NCBI GenBank assembly: GCA_038046805.1
Contig: JBBSVO010000007.1
Location: 68,528 to 132,527, forward strand
Origin: Candidatus Micrarchaeota archaeon
GTDB taxonomy: Archaea; Micrarchaeota; Micrarchaeia; Anstonellales; Bilamarchaeaceae
Direction: 5' to 3'
DNA length: 64,000 bases
Shown here: one piece after another, positions 45,934-55,873 of the stretch
Layout: each line of letters begins with the position of its first letter
Numbering within the stretch: position 1 is the stretch's first letter
Position numbers and translations under genes: made by a program
Notes under the pieces: generated by a model
What the model was told of the DNA's origin: nothing
Database searches by the model: none
What the model saw: the letters and a program-made list of their open reading frames with translations, nothing else

Positions 45934-48378
45934 CTATTTATTTGAATTCCGAATGACTGCACGCCCCAAACTAACCACCACAACCCCAACCACCGAAACA
46001 AATAACAGCAATTTCTCCCAGAGTTCAAACTCATAGCTTAGGGTGATTGGTTTTCCATTGCGGTTCTCCACGACCAATAAGCCGACATCTGACTTCTCCA
46101 CTGCCACATTTACTGCACCTGATGCCCCGCCAGCGCCATCCTGAATGGCCTTCCATCTTGGGAAGTATTCCTGCTTCATCAGGATATATCCGCTCTGGAA
46201 TTGTGGGAGGGTTTTTATTTTTTGGTCCGAAACGATTTCGTATTTTGCATCCACGAGTGCGTTTTCATTGTATGCGGCGAAATTAAACGCGTCTTTTGCA
46301 TTTTTTGAACCGCCAACACTTTCCTTTGCCATGCTGCTGTTAATGAAGAGCATGACATCGCATTGACTGAACTGCTTTGCAACGAGCGGGCAGGTCGGCT
46401 GCTGACCTTGAGCGCAAGACTCGAAACGCTGGACAGTCTGTGAACCGCCCGGAGTGCAGACATTAACCCAGATTGTAGTTACTCCTGTCATCTGGTAATA
46501 TTTGTACGCATCCTGAGCTGAAGTAGTTGGCGGAAGAAGCCATCCTGCATAAATATCATTGAGTTTCTTCTGGTAAATATCCGTATGCTGACCCGGGATA
46601 AAGCCCATCCCGTTTGTATCAATTCCGTATGTAATTGTAAGACCTGGATGAATAATTGTTGCATACATCCCATATGTTGTAAGCCGTCCTTTAACCTCGT
46701 TCGCAAAGAATGAGGATGGGTTCGCGGAATTTGATTTGATGAACTGGTCTGTGACCCACGAAACACTGCGTTTGCTGGTAACTGTAGCAGATGAGGCAAT
46801 AACGAGAATCAGGATGAGTGCAGAAACAACACCAACTAATCCGTATTTTCCGATTTCGAAATTTGTAATCCGCAAAAGGGATGCGATGACTATTGAGATA
46901 GCAATCAAAATGAAGTATTCTATCCTTATGAAGCTCACAATCATCTGCGCGAACATTTCATTCAAACCACCAAGAATCTGGAGAACTGCGAACGCGAACA
47001 GAATAACAACGAACATTATGTGAAACCATTCAACCTTACGTGCGGAAGAAATGAGGATGTGATATGCGTTTGCGAGAATTCCGAGAACGAACGCGGCTCC
47101 GAACAACAGGCCGAGCTTCTCGTCATAATCAGATGGGCTTGCATTTCCGAAAAGATTGGAAACAAATGCGCTGGCATTGAACGGCTCAAGCGAAAATTTC
47201 ACAGATGAGGTATATTGCTTATAGACTACTGGCGGAATAATAAAGAACAAAATGATTGCGAAAAGAATCGCGGCAAAGATAGCAAGCTCCTTTATCGTGG
47301 AGACGGCAGAGTTCGCATCCGGAATCCGAACAGCAGATAAGTCATTTTTAACAAAAAGCCGCACGAGCGCGCTTAAACCGAAAATAGCCAATGCAAATGG
47401 AAACACATTGAAATGAGCCAATAGAATAAAACCAAGAACAAGTGCAGAAGCAGACAGAAAACCCAGGTTTCCGCTTCCCTCCTCATTGCGTGCATACCTA
47501 AGGGAAAGCAATAGTGCAAGCGGAACTGCGGCATATGCAGAAAACAATTTTATATTTCCAACAAACAGGGAAAGTGTTGCCATGTAGGGATTGGTTACCA
47601 GAACCGCAGCTGCAGCAAATCCGTATAAATCGTTTCCAAATAATTCAGAACAAAGAACAAACATTCCAACTGCGAATAAAAGAATAAAAACAAATAACAG
47701 AACATTGAATTCCTCCACGAGCGAAGGTGTGTCGGTTCCGAACAGATACGAAAGCGCCCCCTGGTAAACGTAATACGCAGGCGGATCAAACGTAAGCGCA
47801 GGATAACCAAGCTGTTCTTTTGAAGACCAGTCCTGGATTTGTCCATAATCCGCAAGGCTGTTTTTTACAAACACCGCCCGGTTCAAAAACGCGGTGGCAT
47901 CAGTTCTCGGAAGACCTGCAGAAGCAATTAGCCCGCTGAATGAATATGCAACAATAACAGAAAGAAGAAGAACAAATACCAAGCGCCTGCTGGATGAAAA
48001 AGACTGTTGAATCCTGCCAAGGCTTGCACCAATTCCATTCCATTCAAATTTCAGAGCAATAATTACCGGGATAAGAAGCCACAACACAACGATAGCTAAC
48101 TTTCCGAGTGAAAAAAGCGGAACAAATGAAATAAACATCAGCGGAATAAGCCAAAGGCATGCAAGCGGAAATGCAATAAGAACACGTTCAAGAGTTCCGC
48201 GTATTGCCGGAGAAAGCCTGTGCGCCAAGAAATAGAATGGCACAAGGGTTATCGCAATCTGCACAAAAATTCCTATGCGTGGAAGGACCATCCAGAGAAA
48301 AATAAGCATGAGGACTGCATTTACAGCAAGTAAAAGAGTATTCGAGTCGCCATTTTTATTCGCGGTTTCTGTCATCAA
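45934..48378 (-). CDS. Large polytopic membrane protein (GT-C/YfhO-like glycosylation protein)
   Basis: More than 12 TM segments; GYPALTFDPP; YFPRWKA. Confidence 0.7.
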   Translation of the reverse strand: MMTETANKNGDSNTLLLAVNAVLMLIFLWMVLPRIGIFVQIAITLVPFYFLAHRLSPAIRGTLERVLIAFPLACLWLIPLMFISFVPLFSLGKLAIVVLWLLIPVIIALKFEWNGIGASLGRIQQSFSSSRRLVFVLLLSVIVAYSFSGLIASAGLPRTDATAFLNRAVFVKNSLADYGQIQDWSSKEQLGYPALTFDPPAYYVYQGALSYLFGTDTPSLVEEFNVLLFVFILLFAVGMFVLCSELFGNDLYGFAAAAVLVTNPYMATLSLFVGNIKLFSAYAAVPLALLLSLRYARNEEGSGNLGFLSASALVLGFILLAHFNVFPFALAIFGLSALVRLFVKNDLSAVRIPDANSAVSTIKELAIFAAILFAIILFFIIPPVVYKQYTSSVKFSLEPFNASAFVSNLFGNASPSDYDEKLGLLFGAAFVLGILANAYHILISSARKVEWFHIMFVVILFAFAVLQILGGLNEMFAQMIVSFIRIEYFILIAISIVIASLLRITNFEIGKYGLVGVVSALILILVIASSATVTSKRSVSWVTDQFIKSNSANPSSFFANEVKGRLTTYGMYATIIHPGLTITYGIDTNGMGFIPGQHTDIYQKKLNDIYAGWLLPPTTSAQDAYKYYQMTGVTTIWVNVCTPGGSQTVQRFESCAQGQQPTCPLVAKQFSQCDVMLFINSSMAKESVGGSKNAKDAFNFAAYNENALVDAKYEIVSDQKIKTLPQFQSGYILMKQEYFPRWKAIQDGAGGASGAVNVAVEKSDVGLLVVENRNGKPITLSYEFELWEKLLLFVSVVGVVVVSLGRAVIRNSNK

Positions 48379-49151
48379 GAAGACCCCCTGAAACGTTCGT
48401 CTTTTCTCAACCCGGATTTGTGGAGCATAAACTCACCAACAATAAGGAATATTGTTGAACAGTATTCGACAAGTTCGATAAATTTGGGTGTATTGGATTC
48501 TTTTGAATAGACGCTAGTAACTGGTATCTCAATTACTTTAAACCCGTTTGCTGCAAAGATTGCGAACATCTCTGTGTCAAAAGGATAACCATTTGAGCAT
48601 TTTTCAAAATTGGTTTTAGCAAGCGTGGCGCAGCGATAGGCACGAAACCCACTGTGATACTCACTTATTCCAAGCCTAAACGCAGCAGCTTCTACAGCAG
48701 TAAGCACCCTGTTGCCAACAAATCTCCAGAAAGGCATTTTTGTTTTTGAGCCGCTTGCAACTCGGGAGCCAATACACATATCGGCCCCTGTTCCCTTATC
48801 CTTAAACAATGACTCCGCGAGCTCAACTGATTTTTCAGGAGGATACTGACCATCAGCATGAAGCATTACAACTGCATCATAACCCTTGTCAATTGCATAG
48901 CGATACGCGATTTTCTGGCTTCCACCATATCCCCGGTCGGTTTCGTTATTGATTATTGTCACGGGGACTGAAACTGGAACACCAGATTCCTTCTTCACCC
49001 GTTCAGCCTCTGTGCGGGTATTGTCCACGCTCGCATTATTCACAATAAGGATTCCGGAAATGCGGCTGAACAGCTCGTTGGGAATAGAATTTACGGTCCT
49101 GAAAAGCGTTTTTCCAGCATTTCTGGCAGGAAGATAGATCAGAAGTTTCAT
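48375..49151 (-). CDS. GT2 glycosyltransferase (DPM1-like)
   Basis: PARNA, RGYGGSQK, HADGQY, SGFRAY, FDTE. Confidence 0.9.
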   Translation of the reverse strand: MKLLIYLPARNAGKTLFRTVNSIPNELFSRISGILIVNNASVDNTRTEAERVKKESGVPVSVPVTIINNETDRGYGGSQKIAYRYAIDKGYDAVVMLHADGQYPPEKSVELAESLFKDKGTGADMCIGSRVASGSKTKMPFWRFVGNRVLTAVEAAAFRLGISEYHSGFRAYRCATLAKTNFEKCSNGYPFDTEMFAIFAANGFKVIEIPVTSVYSKESNTPKFIELVEYCSTIFLIVGEFMLHKSGLRKDERFRGSS

Positions 49152-49185
49152 AGAATATGCGACCTCATAAATCATAGTCGTAATA

Positions 49186-49884
49186 TCAAACGATGTTTCC
49201 AAGTATGCACGCAATATATCTCCAACCGTGCCTGATTATGCTCACACCGCTTTTCCCGAATTTTCTTGGCATTTCACGGGCAGGAACTTCTTCTATTTTC
49301 ATCCCTTGTTTGAGCATCTTCATTATCATCTCAGTTTCTATTTCAAATGTTTTTCCTGTGAGAGTAATCGCACGCATGCTTGCGGTTCTTGCGGCACGAA
49401 AACCGTTCTGGGTATCCGTGATATGCGCACCAAATCGGGTATTGACAATTTGATTTATAGTAAACGTGAATATGGTCCGCAAAAAGCTTTCTATACTTCC
49501 ATCATAAAGCTCAAGGCTCCCGCCCATAATTCTTGACCCGATGACCATGTTTGCACCCGTGGCACGGAGTTTCTCAACCATAGGCTCTATTTCCTCAACA
49601 GAATGCGAACCATCGGCATCAAAGAAAACAAGGATATTTGTCTTTATATGCGATATGGACTCTGTTAGCCCTATGCCCTTCCCGCCTCCAGAATCAACAA
49701 AATGATCTATGCCAAGCTTCTCACAAACTGCCTTTGTCCCATCAATAGAAGATTTTGCAATGGGAACAAGAACATTGTAACCGCGGCGCTTCAGTTCTGC
49801 GTAAATCTCTGGAAGCGTGCGCTCCTCATTTCTGCATGGAACAACGATAGTGACATCGGAATTTTGATTCGGATTCTCGCTCAT
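49186..49884 (-). CDS. GT2 glycosyltransferase (DPM1-like)
   Basis: VPCRNEE, FDADGSH, GSR, DTQNGFRA, FEIETE. Confidence 0.9.
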   Translation of the reverse strand: MSENPNQNSDVTIVVPCRNEERTLPEIYAELKRRGYNVLVPIAKSSIDGTKAVCEKLGIDHFVDSGGGKGIGLTESISHIKTNILVFFDADGSHSVEEIEPMVEKLRATGANMVIGSRIMGGSLELYDGSIESFLRTIFTFTINQIVNTRFGAHITDTQNGFRAARTASMRAITLTGKTFEIETEMIMKMLKQGMKIEEVPAREMPRKFGKSGVSIIRHGWRYIACILGNIV

Positions 49885-51710
49885 TTTATCAACACCTGAT
49901 AGATCTTTACAAGAGGAACGGTTGTTCCATCAACTGCGATACCATCAAACGACTTTATTTCTTTAAGCCTTTCCTGCATTCCATCCGCCCAAGGCCGGTC
50001 ATAATATGGGTTCGCTGGCATTGCAACAATAACATCATACATTGGATAATCGCTTCTTGATGCTGGATCAAGGTAGGTTTTAGCCTCTGCGAACTTTATA
50101 CCATTGTTAGAAAGATAAGTTTTATATTCCACTTTAGCTGGAACCATGAGCGGATCAAAGAATCCCAATATACGACCATCACTTCCTATGGCAAATTCAT
50201 TCTGAAGCCACCTGTTTGTCCACAAAAGGTATTTTACTTTGTATTTTTTCAGGAGTTCCACGCGATTGGTGTCATCAGAACCATACAACATAACCGCGGA
50301 ATCAAGCATCCGCTGGTTCATATCCGCATAAACGGGTGCGTGGGTTCTCCGATAGGTCACAGATTTTCTCCCGGTAAGTCCATTCATCATAAATGCATCC
50401 TCATTATTAGTAAGAAAAACATCATTTACGTTTGTATTCTTCAGGATCCAACTTTTAACAGCCTGCAGATACTCGGGAATAGGCTGCTGACCTGCTTTTG
50501 TCCATTGGTAATCGTAGGTTCCACTTAATGAAAGGAATATGGACCACGCAACCAGAACTGCGCATGCTGCACCAACCAGGTTCTCACTTTGCTTAAACCG
50601 TTCAACCAGCCACCCGGCACCTATTGCAACCTCAACTATGCTAAGCGGAAATTGCAACATCCAGTACATTCTTTCTGGGGCAAAATGAGTGCCAAGCAGA
50701 TTATAGGAAATAAGATGATGAAATAATGCGATGAGCGATGCGATGATTGCAAGGAAAAGAAAATTGAACTTTTGTTCAGAACGACGGCTCACGATTGCAT
50801 AAATTCCTGCAAGCTGGACAAAACCAAGCAAAAGAACAGGGGTGTTGCCAAAAGGCAGGATTGTATCGAATAAGGTCTTAAGAGGATACGAAATCTGGGT
50901 TCCGAATTTTGAGAAATCCGCCCAACCATAGATTTGAAGATTGTTCGGAGTTGCACCCTGATAAACAAATATCGGCCAGAACCAATATGGCAGAGAAAGG
51001 ATGAAAAACGCGGCAAAAATTAAGATAAACGGCTTGATGCTCTCGATAAAATCCGGCGAAACGAACGATGCCGGAACGAATTTGTTGTCTTTTTTGTACC
51101 GCACGTAAAACTCGTTTAGAGTGACGACTCCGAACAGAATGATCTCGGAAAAGAACAATTGCGGACTGGTCAGGGCACCAAGAGCATTGACAATTGCAAG
51201 AAGTGCGCCGCGTTTAAGCGTGCGGTTCTCTAGGAACAGCATCCACGCAAGAAGAACGGCCGGTCCGACCACCAAAAAGGCAAAGTCCGTATATTTGTAA
51301 GTTGGATAAAAACGGACAAGAAGAAGAGATGCAGCGAGGATAATTAGTGCGTTATCGTTGAAATTGAACCGCGTTACGAGAAGATAGCCCAGGATCGCTG
51401 TGGCAAAAATCATTGGCAATGACGCAAAGATGCTTGCATACATTGGGTCAAGACCAGAAACCCAGGACAGCAGAACCACATAGACATGATACAGCCATGG
51501 AACCCACTGGATTTCACCAGACATCTGCCCGTTCTCAAAAACTGAGCCGCCATAATAGATATGGTAAATGCTGCCGAGATGATTCCAGAGGTCCCCACCG
51601 TAAATCGGGCTTGGAAGCTCCTTGAACGTGCTGAGGATCTGGAAATTGAAGAATCCTACTACCAGTGAGGCGAGTATGACGTAAAGAAGTTCTTTTCTCA
51701 GAATTGACAT
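49881..51710 (-). CDS. Polytopic membrane protein, GT-C-like
   Basis: About 12 TMs; PIYGGDLWNH loop; C-terminal WILKNT..DVFL..LLKKYKVKY domain. Confidence 0.7.
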   Translation of the reverse strand: MSILRKELLYVILASLVVGFFNFQILSTFKELPSPIYGGDLWNHLGSIYHIYYGGSVFENGQMSGEIQWVPWLYHVYVVLLSWVSGLDPMYASIFASLPMIFATAILGYLLVTRFNFNDNALIILAASLLLVRFYPTYKYTDFAFLVVGPAVLLAWMLFLENRTLKRGALLAIVNALGALTSPQLFFSEIILFGVVTLNEFYVRYKKDNKFVPASFVSPDFIESIKPFILIFAAFFILSLPYWFWPIFVYQGATPNNLQIYGWADFSKFGTQISYPLKTLFDTILPFGNTPVLLLGFVQLAGIYAIVSRRSEQKFNFLFLAIIASLIALFHHLISYNLLGTHFAPERMYWMLQFPLSIVEVAIGAGWLVERFKQSENLVGAACAVLVAWSIFLSLSGTYDYQWTKAGQQPIPEYLQAVKSWILKNTNVNDVFLTNNEDAFMMNGLTGRKSVTYRRTHAPVYADMNQRMLDSAVMLYGSDDTNRVELLKKYKVKYLLWTNRWLQNEFAIGSDGRILGFFDPLMVPAKVEYKTYLSNNGIKFAEAKTYLDPASRSDYPMYDVIVAMPANPYYDRPWADGMQERLKEIKSFDGIAVDGTTVPLVKIYQVLIK

Positions 51711-51769
51711 CTTATCAGACTGATATCCAAATAAAGGTATAAAAAGGGAATTCCCTACCTTTAACCTGT

Positions 51770-52870
51770 ATGAGAATCTGCATGCTTGTTGAGGATTATC
51801 CCCCAAAGCTCGGTGGCGGGGGGATGTTCGTGAATAGCATAGCCAAGGAACTGGCTGCGGACGGAGAGCGGATAACAGTCATTACACCATCGTATAATGG
51901 GGATTCTGATAGGGCTGAACAGACAGAAAACAAGAACTGTGAGATTCGGGTAGTAAGATTAGGAAAACGGAGAATTTCGTACTTTTTTAAGGGAATCCTG
52001 ACACTGCTGACCGAACCTAAATTTGATATATATCATGCGCATGGACCGCTTCCGGGCTTAATGGCAAAAATAGTCTCGTTCGTAAAGGGCGGCCGCACAG
52101 TTCTTCATATCCATGGATTTCGGGAGGAAAACGTTATCGGAAAACTAAAATTTATGGGACAGAACGCAATTCTGAAGCTTGGCTATGACAAAATTATCAG
52201 CGTGGATTCCGAGAGCGCGAAGCGGATTAATGAAATTGGTGTCCCGCACGATAAAGTAATCACGATTCCGTGTGGAGTTGATACGAATTTGTTTGTTCCG
52301 TTGCAAGGAAGAAAAACCAATTCTGTTCCGGTTCTTCTTTTTGTCGGGCGTCTTGAAAAGGTAAAAGGACTAAACAACCTTATCGATGCCATTGGAATAC
52401 TAAAGGCCAGCGGGATAAACGTTCTTGCATACCTAATTGGAAGCGGAACAATGGAAGACGAACTGATGGCAGAAGCTAAAAACAAGGGCCTTGATAACAT
52501 AAAATTCATAAAATCTGTAAAGCATGACGAACTGCCAGATTGGTATAACAAAGCAGATTTGTTCGTGCTTCCTTCAATAAGCGAGGGAATGCCACTTGTA
52601 TTGCTTGAGGCAATGGCATGCGAACTTCCACCAGTTATCTCGAATATAAAATCCCTTAAAACAATCGCGGAAAAAAGCAATGCCGCAATAACGTTTGAGT
52701 GCGGAAACGCAAAATCACTCGCTGAAACCATAGAAGAGGAGTTGGACCGCACAGATTCGGAAAAACAAAAATTAAAGAAAAACGCGCGGGACTTCGCAGT
52801 TAAGAATTATTCGTGGGGAAATACTATTCGAATGATAAAGAAAGCATACAACGAAGTTGTGAGTAGATGA
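51770..52870 (+). CDS. GT4 glycosyltransferase
   Basis: YPPKLGGG, FVGRL..KG, PSISEGMPLVLLEAMA. Confidence 0.93.
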   Translation: MRICMLVEDYPPKLGGGGMFVNSIAKELAADGERITVITPSYNGDSDRAEQTENKNCEIRVVRLGKRRISYFFKGILTLLTEPKFDIYHAHGPLPGLMAKIVSFVKGGRTVLHIHGFREENVIGKLKFMGQNAILKLGYDKIISVDSESAKRINEIGVPHDKVITIPCGVDTNLFVPLQGRKTNSVPVLLFVGRLEKVKGLNNLIDAIGILKASGINVLAYLIGSGTMEDELMAEAKNKGLDNIKFIKSVKHDELPDWYNKADLFVLPSISEGMPLVLLEAMACELPPVISNIKSLKTIAEKSNAAITFECGNAKSLAETIEEELDRTDSEKQKLKKNARDFAVKNYSWGNTIRMIKKAYNEVVSR

Positions 52871-52873
52871 CAC

Positions 52874-53797
52874 ATGGTTCTTGAAAAGATACTCAGCCTG
52901 ATAAGGGATAAAAGAAATCCGATTTACTTTCCGATAAACTACGCAAGGGCGCAGGAACTGAAGCACAGACTGGACTCAATAACTCTTAGACACCAGCCAA
53001 TTGATTTTGCACTGACATTTGATGTGGAATATGATTTTGGATCTGCAGGAAAGGGAGAATGCAGATATGTTGGAGCATTTCTTTCCGAGAGTGCGAAGCT
53101 TCTGAAGAGAATACCATCGACATTCTTTGTTCAGGGGAATCTTGTGAAAAGGTTTTCTGCACAACTGCGAAAGCTGCAACAGAATGGGCATGAAATAGGA
53201 TTACATGGATACGCACATGAACCATGGGGAATGGAATGGTTTGTGAAGGAGAGAATACCTGCCCCAGCGCAAAGAGAACGACTGCTAAAAAGAGCGCTGA
53301 ACGAATTCCGTGCGGCAAAAATAAAAAAACCAGTATCGTTCCGTGCACCGAATATGGCAATCGATATTGAATCGATAGAAATGCTGGAAAGGAACGGTTT
53401 TGTTGTAGATTCCTCCGCGCCGTCATATACCGGGATACTTCCGATAAAAAGCGCGAGAAAAAATATCTGTGAGATTCCTGTTTCTGTTAATCCGCTTCCT
53501 GAATTCAAAATTAAAATGAAAATATTGCCGCACGCGTATTACCGGGTATTCAACATGGCAAACCTTTGCGGAATGAAGGATGAGGGGTTTCTTACATACG
53601 TTGATGATGTTGTCAAATGCCAGCTTCTTCTGAAGCAAAAACCATTCCTCGTATTTCTTGCGCATCCCTGGGAGTTTTACAGTAATGAAAGATTTGGATA
53701 TTGCTCAAATAAGAATTACGCACTGCTTGCGAGAAGAATTGAATTGTTGACAGAAAGATTTGACATAAGATTCAAAACAATATCGGGTTTGTGCTGA
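52874..53797 (+). CDS. Polysaccharide deacetylase (NodB/CE4-like)
   Basis: LTFDVE, HEIGLHGYAH, FRAP, HPWE. Confidence 0.88.
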   Translation: MVLEKILSLIRDKRNPIYFPINYARAQELKHRLDSITLRHQPIDFALTFDVEYDFGSAGKGECRYVGAFLSESAKLLKRIPSTFFVQGNLVKRFSAQLRKLQQNGHEIGLHGYAHEPWGMEWFVKERIPAPAQRERLLKRALNEFRAAKIKKPVSFRAPNMAIDIESIEMLERNGFVVDSSAPSYTGILPIKSARKNICEIPVSVNPLPEFKIKMKILPHAYYRVFNMANLCGMKDEGFLTYVDDVVKCQLLLKQKPFLVFLAHPWEFYSNERFGYCSNKNYALLARRIELLTERFDIRFKTISGLC

Positions 53798-53806
53798 GGG
53801 AAATAT

Positions 53807-54229
53807 ATGGCGATTCCGGTGAAATTTGAAATAAATGGAAGAAAAACAGGTATAGAAGAAATGAGAAGATATATTGTCCCGTTTTTGTTTGTTCACGCCC
53901 TTATATTTCTGGGTGTAGGATATATTTTTTCCATGGAGGATCCGATATTTTCCACAATACATTCTGGAATAGGCATTCTGGTTTATTTGATATTCCTGAT
54001 ATTATTATTTCATAACAAAATTCGAGATATTTTGATTGGAGCTGCATTGTCTATAGCAATAGGTTTGATTTTCGGGGATTTCTTGCTGGATAATTTTTAT
54101 TTCATGATTCCAAAGGCTGACTTGACTATTTTCCATAAGATTTATTCGATGATGATCGTGTTTTACATTTACGTGTATATTGATGTAATCAAATTGCAGG
54201 TTTTCTCAAAACAAGAGCAGAAAAACTGA
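53807..54229 (+). CDS. Small 4-TM membrane protein
   Basis: Hydrophobic 140-aa ORF. Confidence 0.65.
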   Translation: MAIPVKFEINGRKTGIEEMRRYIVPFLFVHALIFLGVGYIFSMEDPIFSTIHSGIGILVYLIFLILLFHNKIRDILIGAALSIAIGLIFGDFLLDNFYFMIPKADLTIFHKIYSMMIVFYIYVYIDVIKLQVFSKQEQKN

Positions 54230-54263
54230 AAATAGTCATTTCCCAGCTGAACTCTTCTTATGA

Positions 54264-54285
54264 TTTGAACGACACATCGTTCAAA
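54264..54285. repeat. Palindromic element, copy 3 (overlaps the tal stop, between convergent genes)
   Basis: TTTGAACGA-CACA-TCGTTCAAA. Confidence 0.7.
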
Positions 54286-54943
54286 ACTTTTGAAAAGTGC
54301 CCTTGACATTTTTCAAATGGTCCTCAATGAACTGGGCGATCCCCTTATCCGTAAGCTCGTGCTTCCACAATTCCTCATAGACCTTTGGCGGGATTGTCGC
54401 AATGTGCGCCCCGAGTTTTGCCGCGTCCTCAACATGCTTTACCGAGCGGACAGATGCCACAATGACTTCAGTCTTAAATCCATAGTTACGGAAAACCTGC
54501 AAAATATCTCCTATAAGCGCCATCCCATTCTGCTTTACATCGTCAAGCCTGCCGACAAACGGGGAAACATAGGTTGCGCCTGCCTTTGCTGCCAAAAGCG
54601 CCTGGGAAACCGAAAAAACCAAAGTAACGTTTGTTGAGATTCCCTTTCTGGACAACACCCGAACAGCTTTCAGCCCTTCCTGAGTCATCGGAACCTTAAT
54701 GACTGCATTTGGAATCCATGTGATAAACCCCTCTGCTTCCTTTACCATCTCGTCGGCAGTCATCCCTACCCCTTCGATGGAAATCGGGCCTTTCACTACT
54801 TCAGCAATCTGTTGGATAACAGTTTTGTGGTCTTTCCCTTCCTTCATTATAATTGTCGGGTTGGTCGTAATGCCATCGACCATGCGCAAGTCCATGGCGA
54901 CCTTAATTGCTTCAACATTTGCCGTGTCTAGGAAAAACTTCAT
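54281..54943 (-). CDS. tal: Transaldolase / fructose-6-phosphate aldolase family (short form)
   Basis: FLDTAN, GITTNPT, IKVP, NVTLVFS, YVSPFVGR, ASVR. Confidence 0.93.
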   Translation of the reverse strand: MKFFLDTANVEAIKVAMDLRMVDGITTNPTIIMKEGKDHKTVIQQIAEVVKGPISIEGVGMTADEMVKEAEGFITWIPNAVIKVPMTQEGLKAVRVLSRKGISTNVTLVFSVSQALLAAKAGATYVSPFVGRLDDVKQNGMALIGDILQVFRNYGFKTEVIVASVRSVKHVEDAAKLGAHIATIPPKVYEELWKHELTDKGIAQFIEDHLKNVKGTFQKF

Positions 54944-54964
54944 AACATCACCATAAACAAATCA

Positions 54965-55285
54965 TCAAAAACTTATTACCTTATCGCTCTCTTTAACCAA
55001 TGCGTAAAGGTCCTTCAGTGAAGATATCGGACACAGGTTCGTGCCTTCCTGATGTCTTGACTTCATGCACGTAAAGCATGCCATTATTGTTCCGCCTGCG
55101 TTTACGAACTTTTCGGCTTCCGCCTTTGATGGATATTTATCAGTGGAATACCGTTCGTATTCAACCGAACGCGCGACAAGAAAAACCTTTACCTCGTCTC
55201 CCTTTTCCTTTGCCATGTTTGCTAAGCGAAATGCATTCCATGTTGATTCTGGATCACCGGATGTTATGACGATTGCGAGATTCAT
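54965..55285 (-). CDS. DsrE-family protein
   Basis: WNAFRLAN, VFL, ACFTCMKSR, CPISSL, SDKVISF. Confidence 0.85.
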   Translation of the reverse strand: MNLAIVITSGDPESTWNAFRLANMAKEKGDEVKVFLVARSVEYERYSTDKYPSKAEAEKFVNAGGTIMACFTCMKSRHQEGTNLCPISSLKDLYALVKESDKVISF

Positions 55286-55869
55286 TCTGCGTTCACCCCG
55301 TTTCTTGCATTTCCTGCAAGATGATCTTTCCACAGTAAATCAGAAAGTTTAATTTGAAGGCGTTTTTTCCAGGTAGTGGTAACCATGTCTGCGAACAAAA
55401 ACGGGGTACCGATAACTGTAAATGCACCCACAGTTACTAATGTAAAATCTACAACAATTGATGGAATTATTGCACTGGGCAAAGAAAACAACCCTAAGGC
55501 AATTGTAGCGCAAGTCCCCACAATCCGCAGTCCGATTTTCCTAAGTTTGAGATTAATAGTATATGATTCTGCAAATAATTGTTCTTTCAGTCCACGAATT
55601 TCCTGATCAGAAAGTGCGACGCCCTCTGCGGTAATCGGAGTTGCAGTCAGAGCACACTTCACGCTTCCCATTTGCCTTTTCTGTTGTTTTAGATACACCG
55701 CAGCCACATCGCTGTGAGAATCAGGAACCTTTCCAGTTTCTAGAAATGCTGCTGCGAACTCGTGCAAACGCCTGAAGGTTTGGATGGAGGCACTAGATTG
55801 AGCTGCACGTAAAGGTTCGCGGAACAAAACTCCCTTTCCCCTTACTTCGCAGAGTTTAATCATTGCCAT
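55282..55869 (-). CDS. Orphan with C-terminal hydrophobic hairpin
   Basis: 195 aa; two TM-like segments near the C-terminus. Confidence 0.6.
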   Translation of the reverse strand: MAMIKLCEVRGKGVLFREPLRAAQSSASIQTFRRLHEFAAAFLETGKVPDSHSDVAAVYLKQQKRQMGSVKCALTATPITAEGVALSDQEIRGLKEQLFAESYTINLKLRKIGLRIVGTCATIALGLFSLPSAIIPSIVVDFTLVTVGAFTVIGTPFLFADMVTTTWKKRLQIKLSDLLWKDHLAGNARNGVNAE

Positions 55870-55873
55870 GTTT

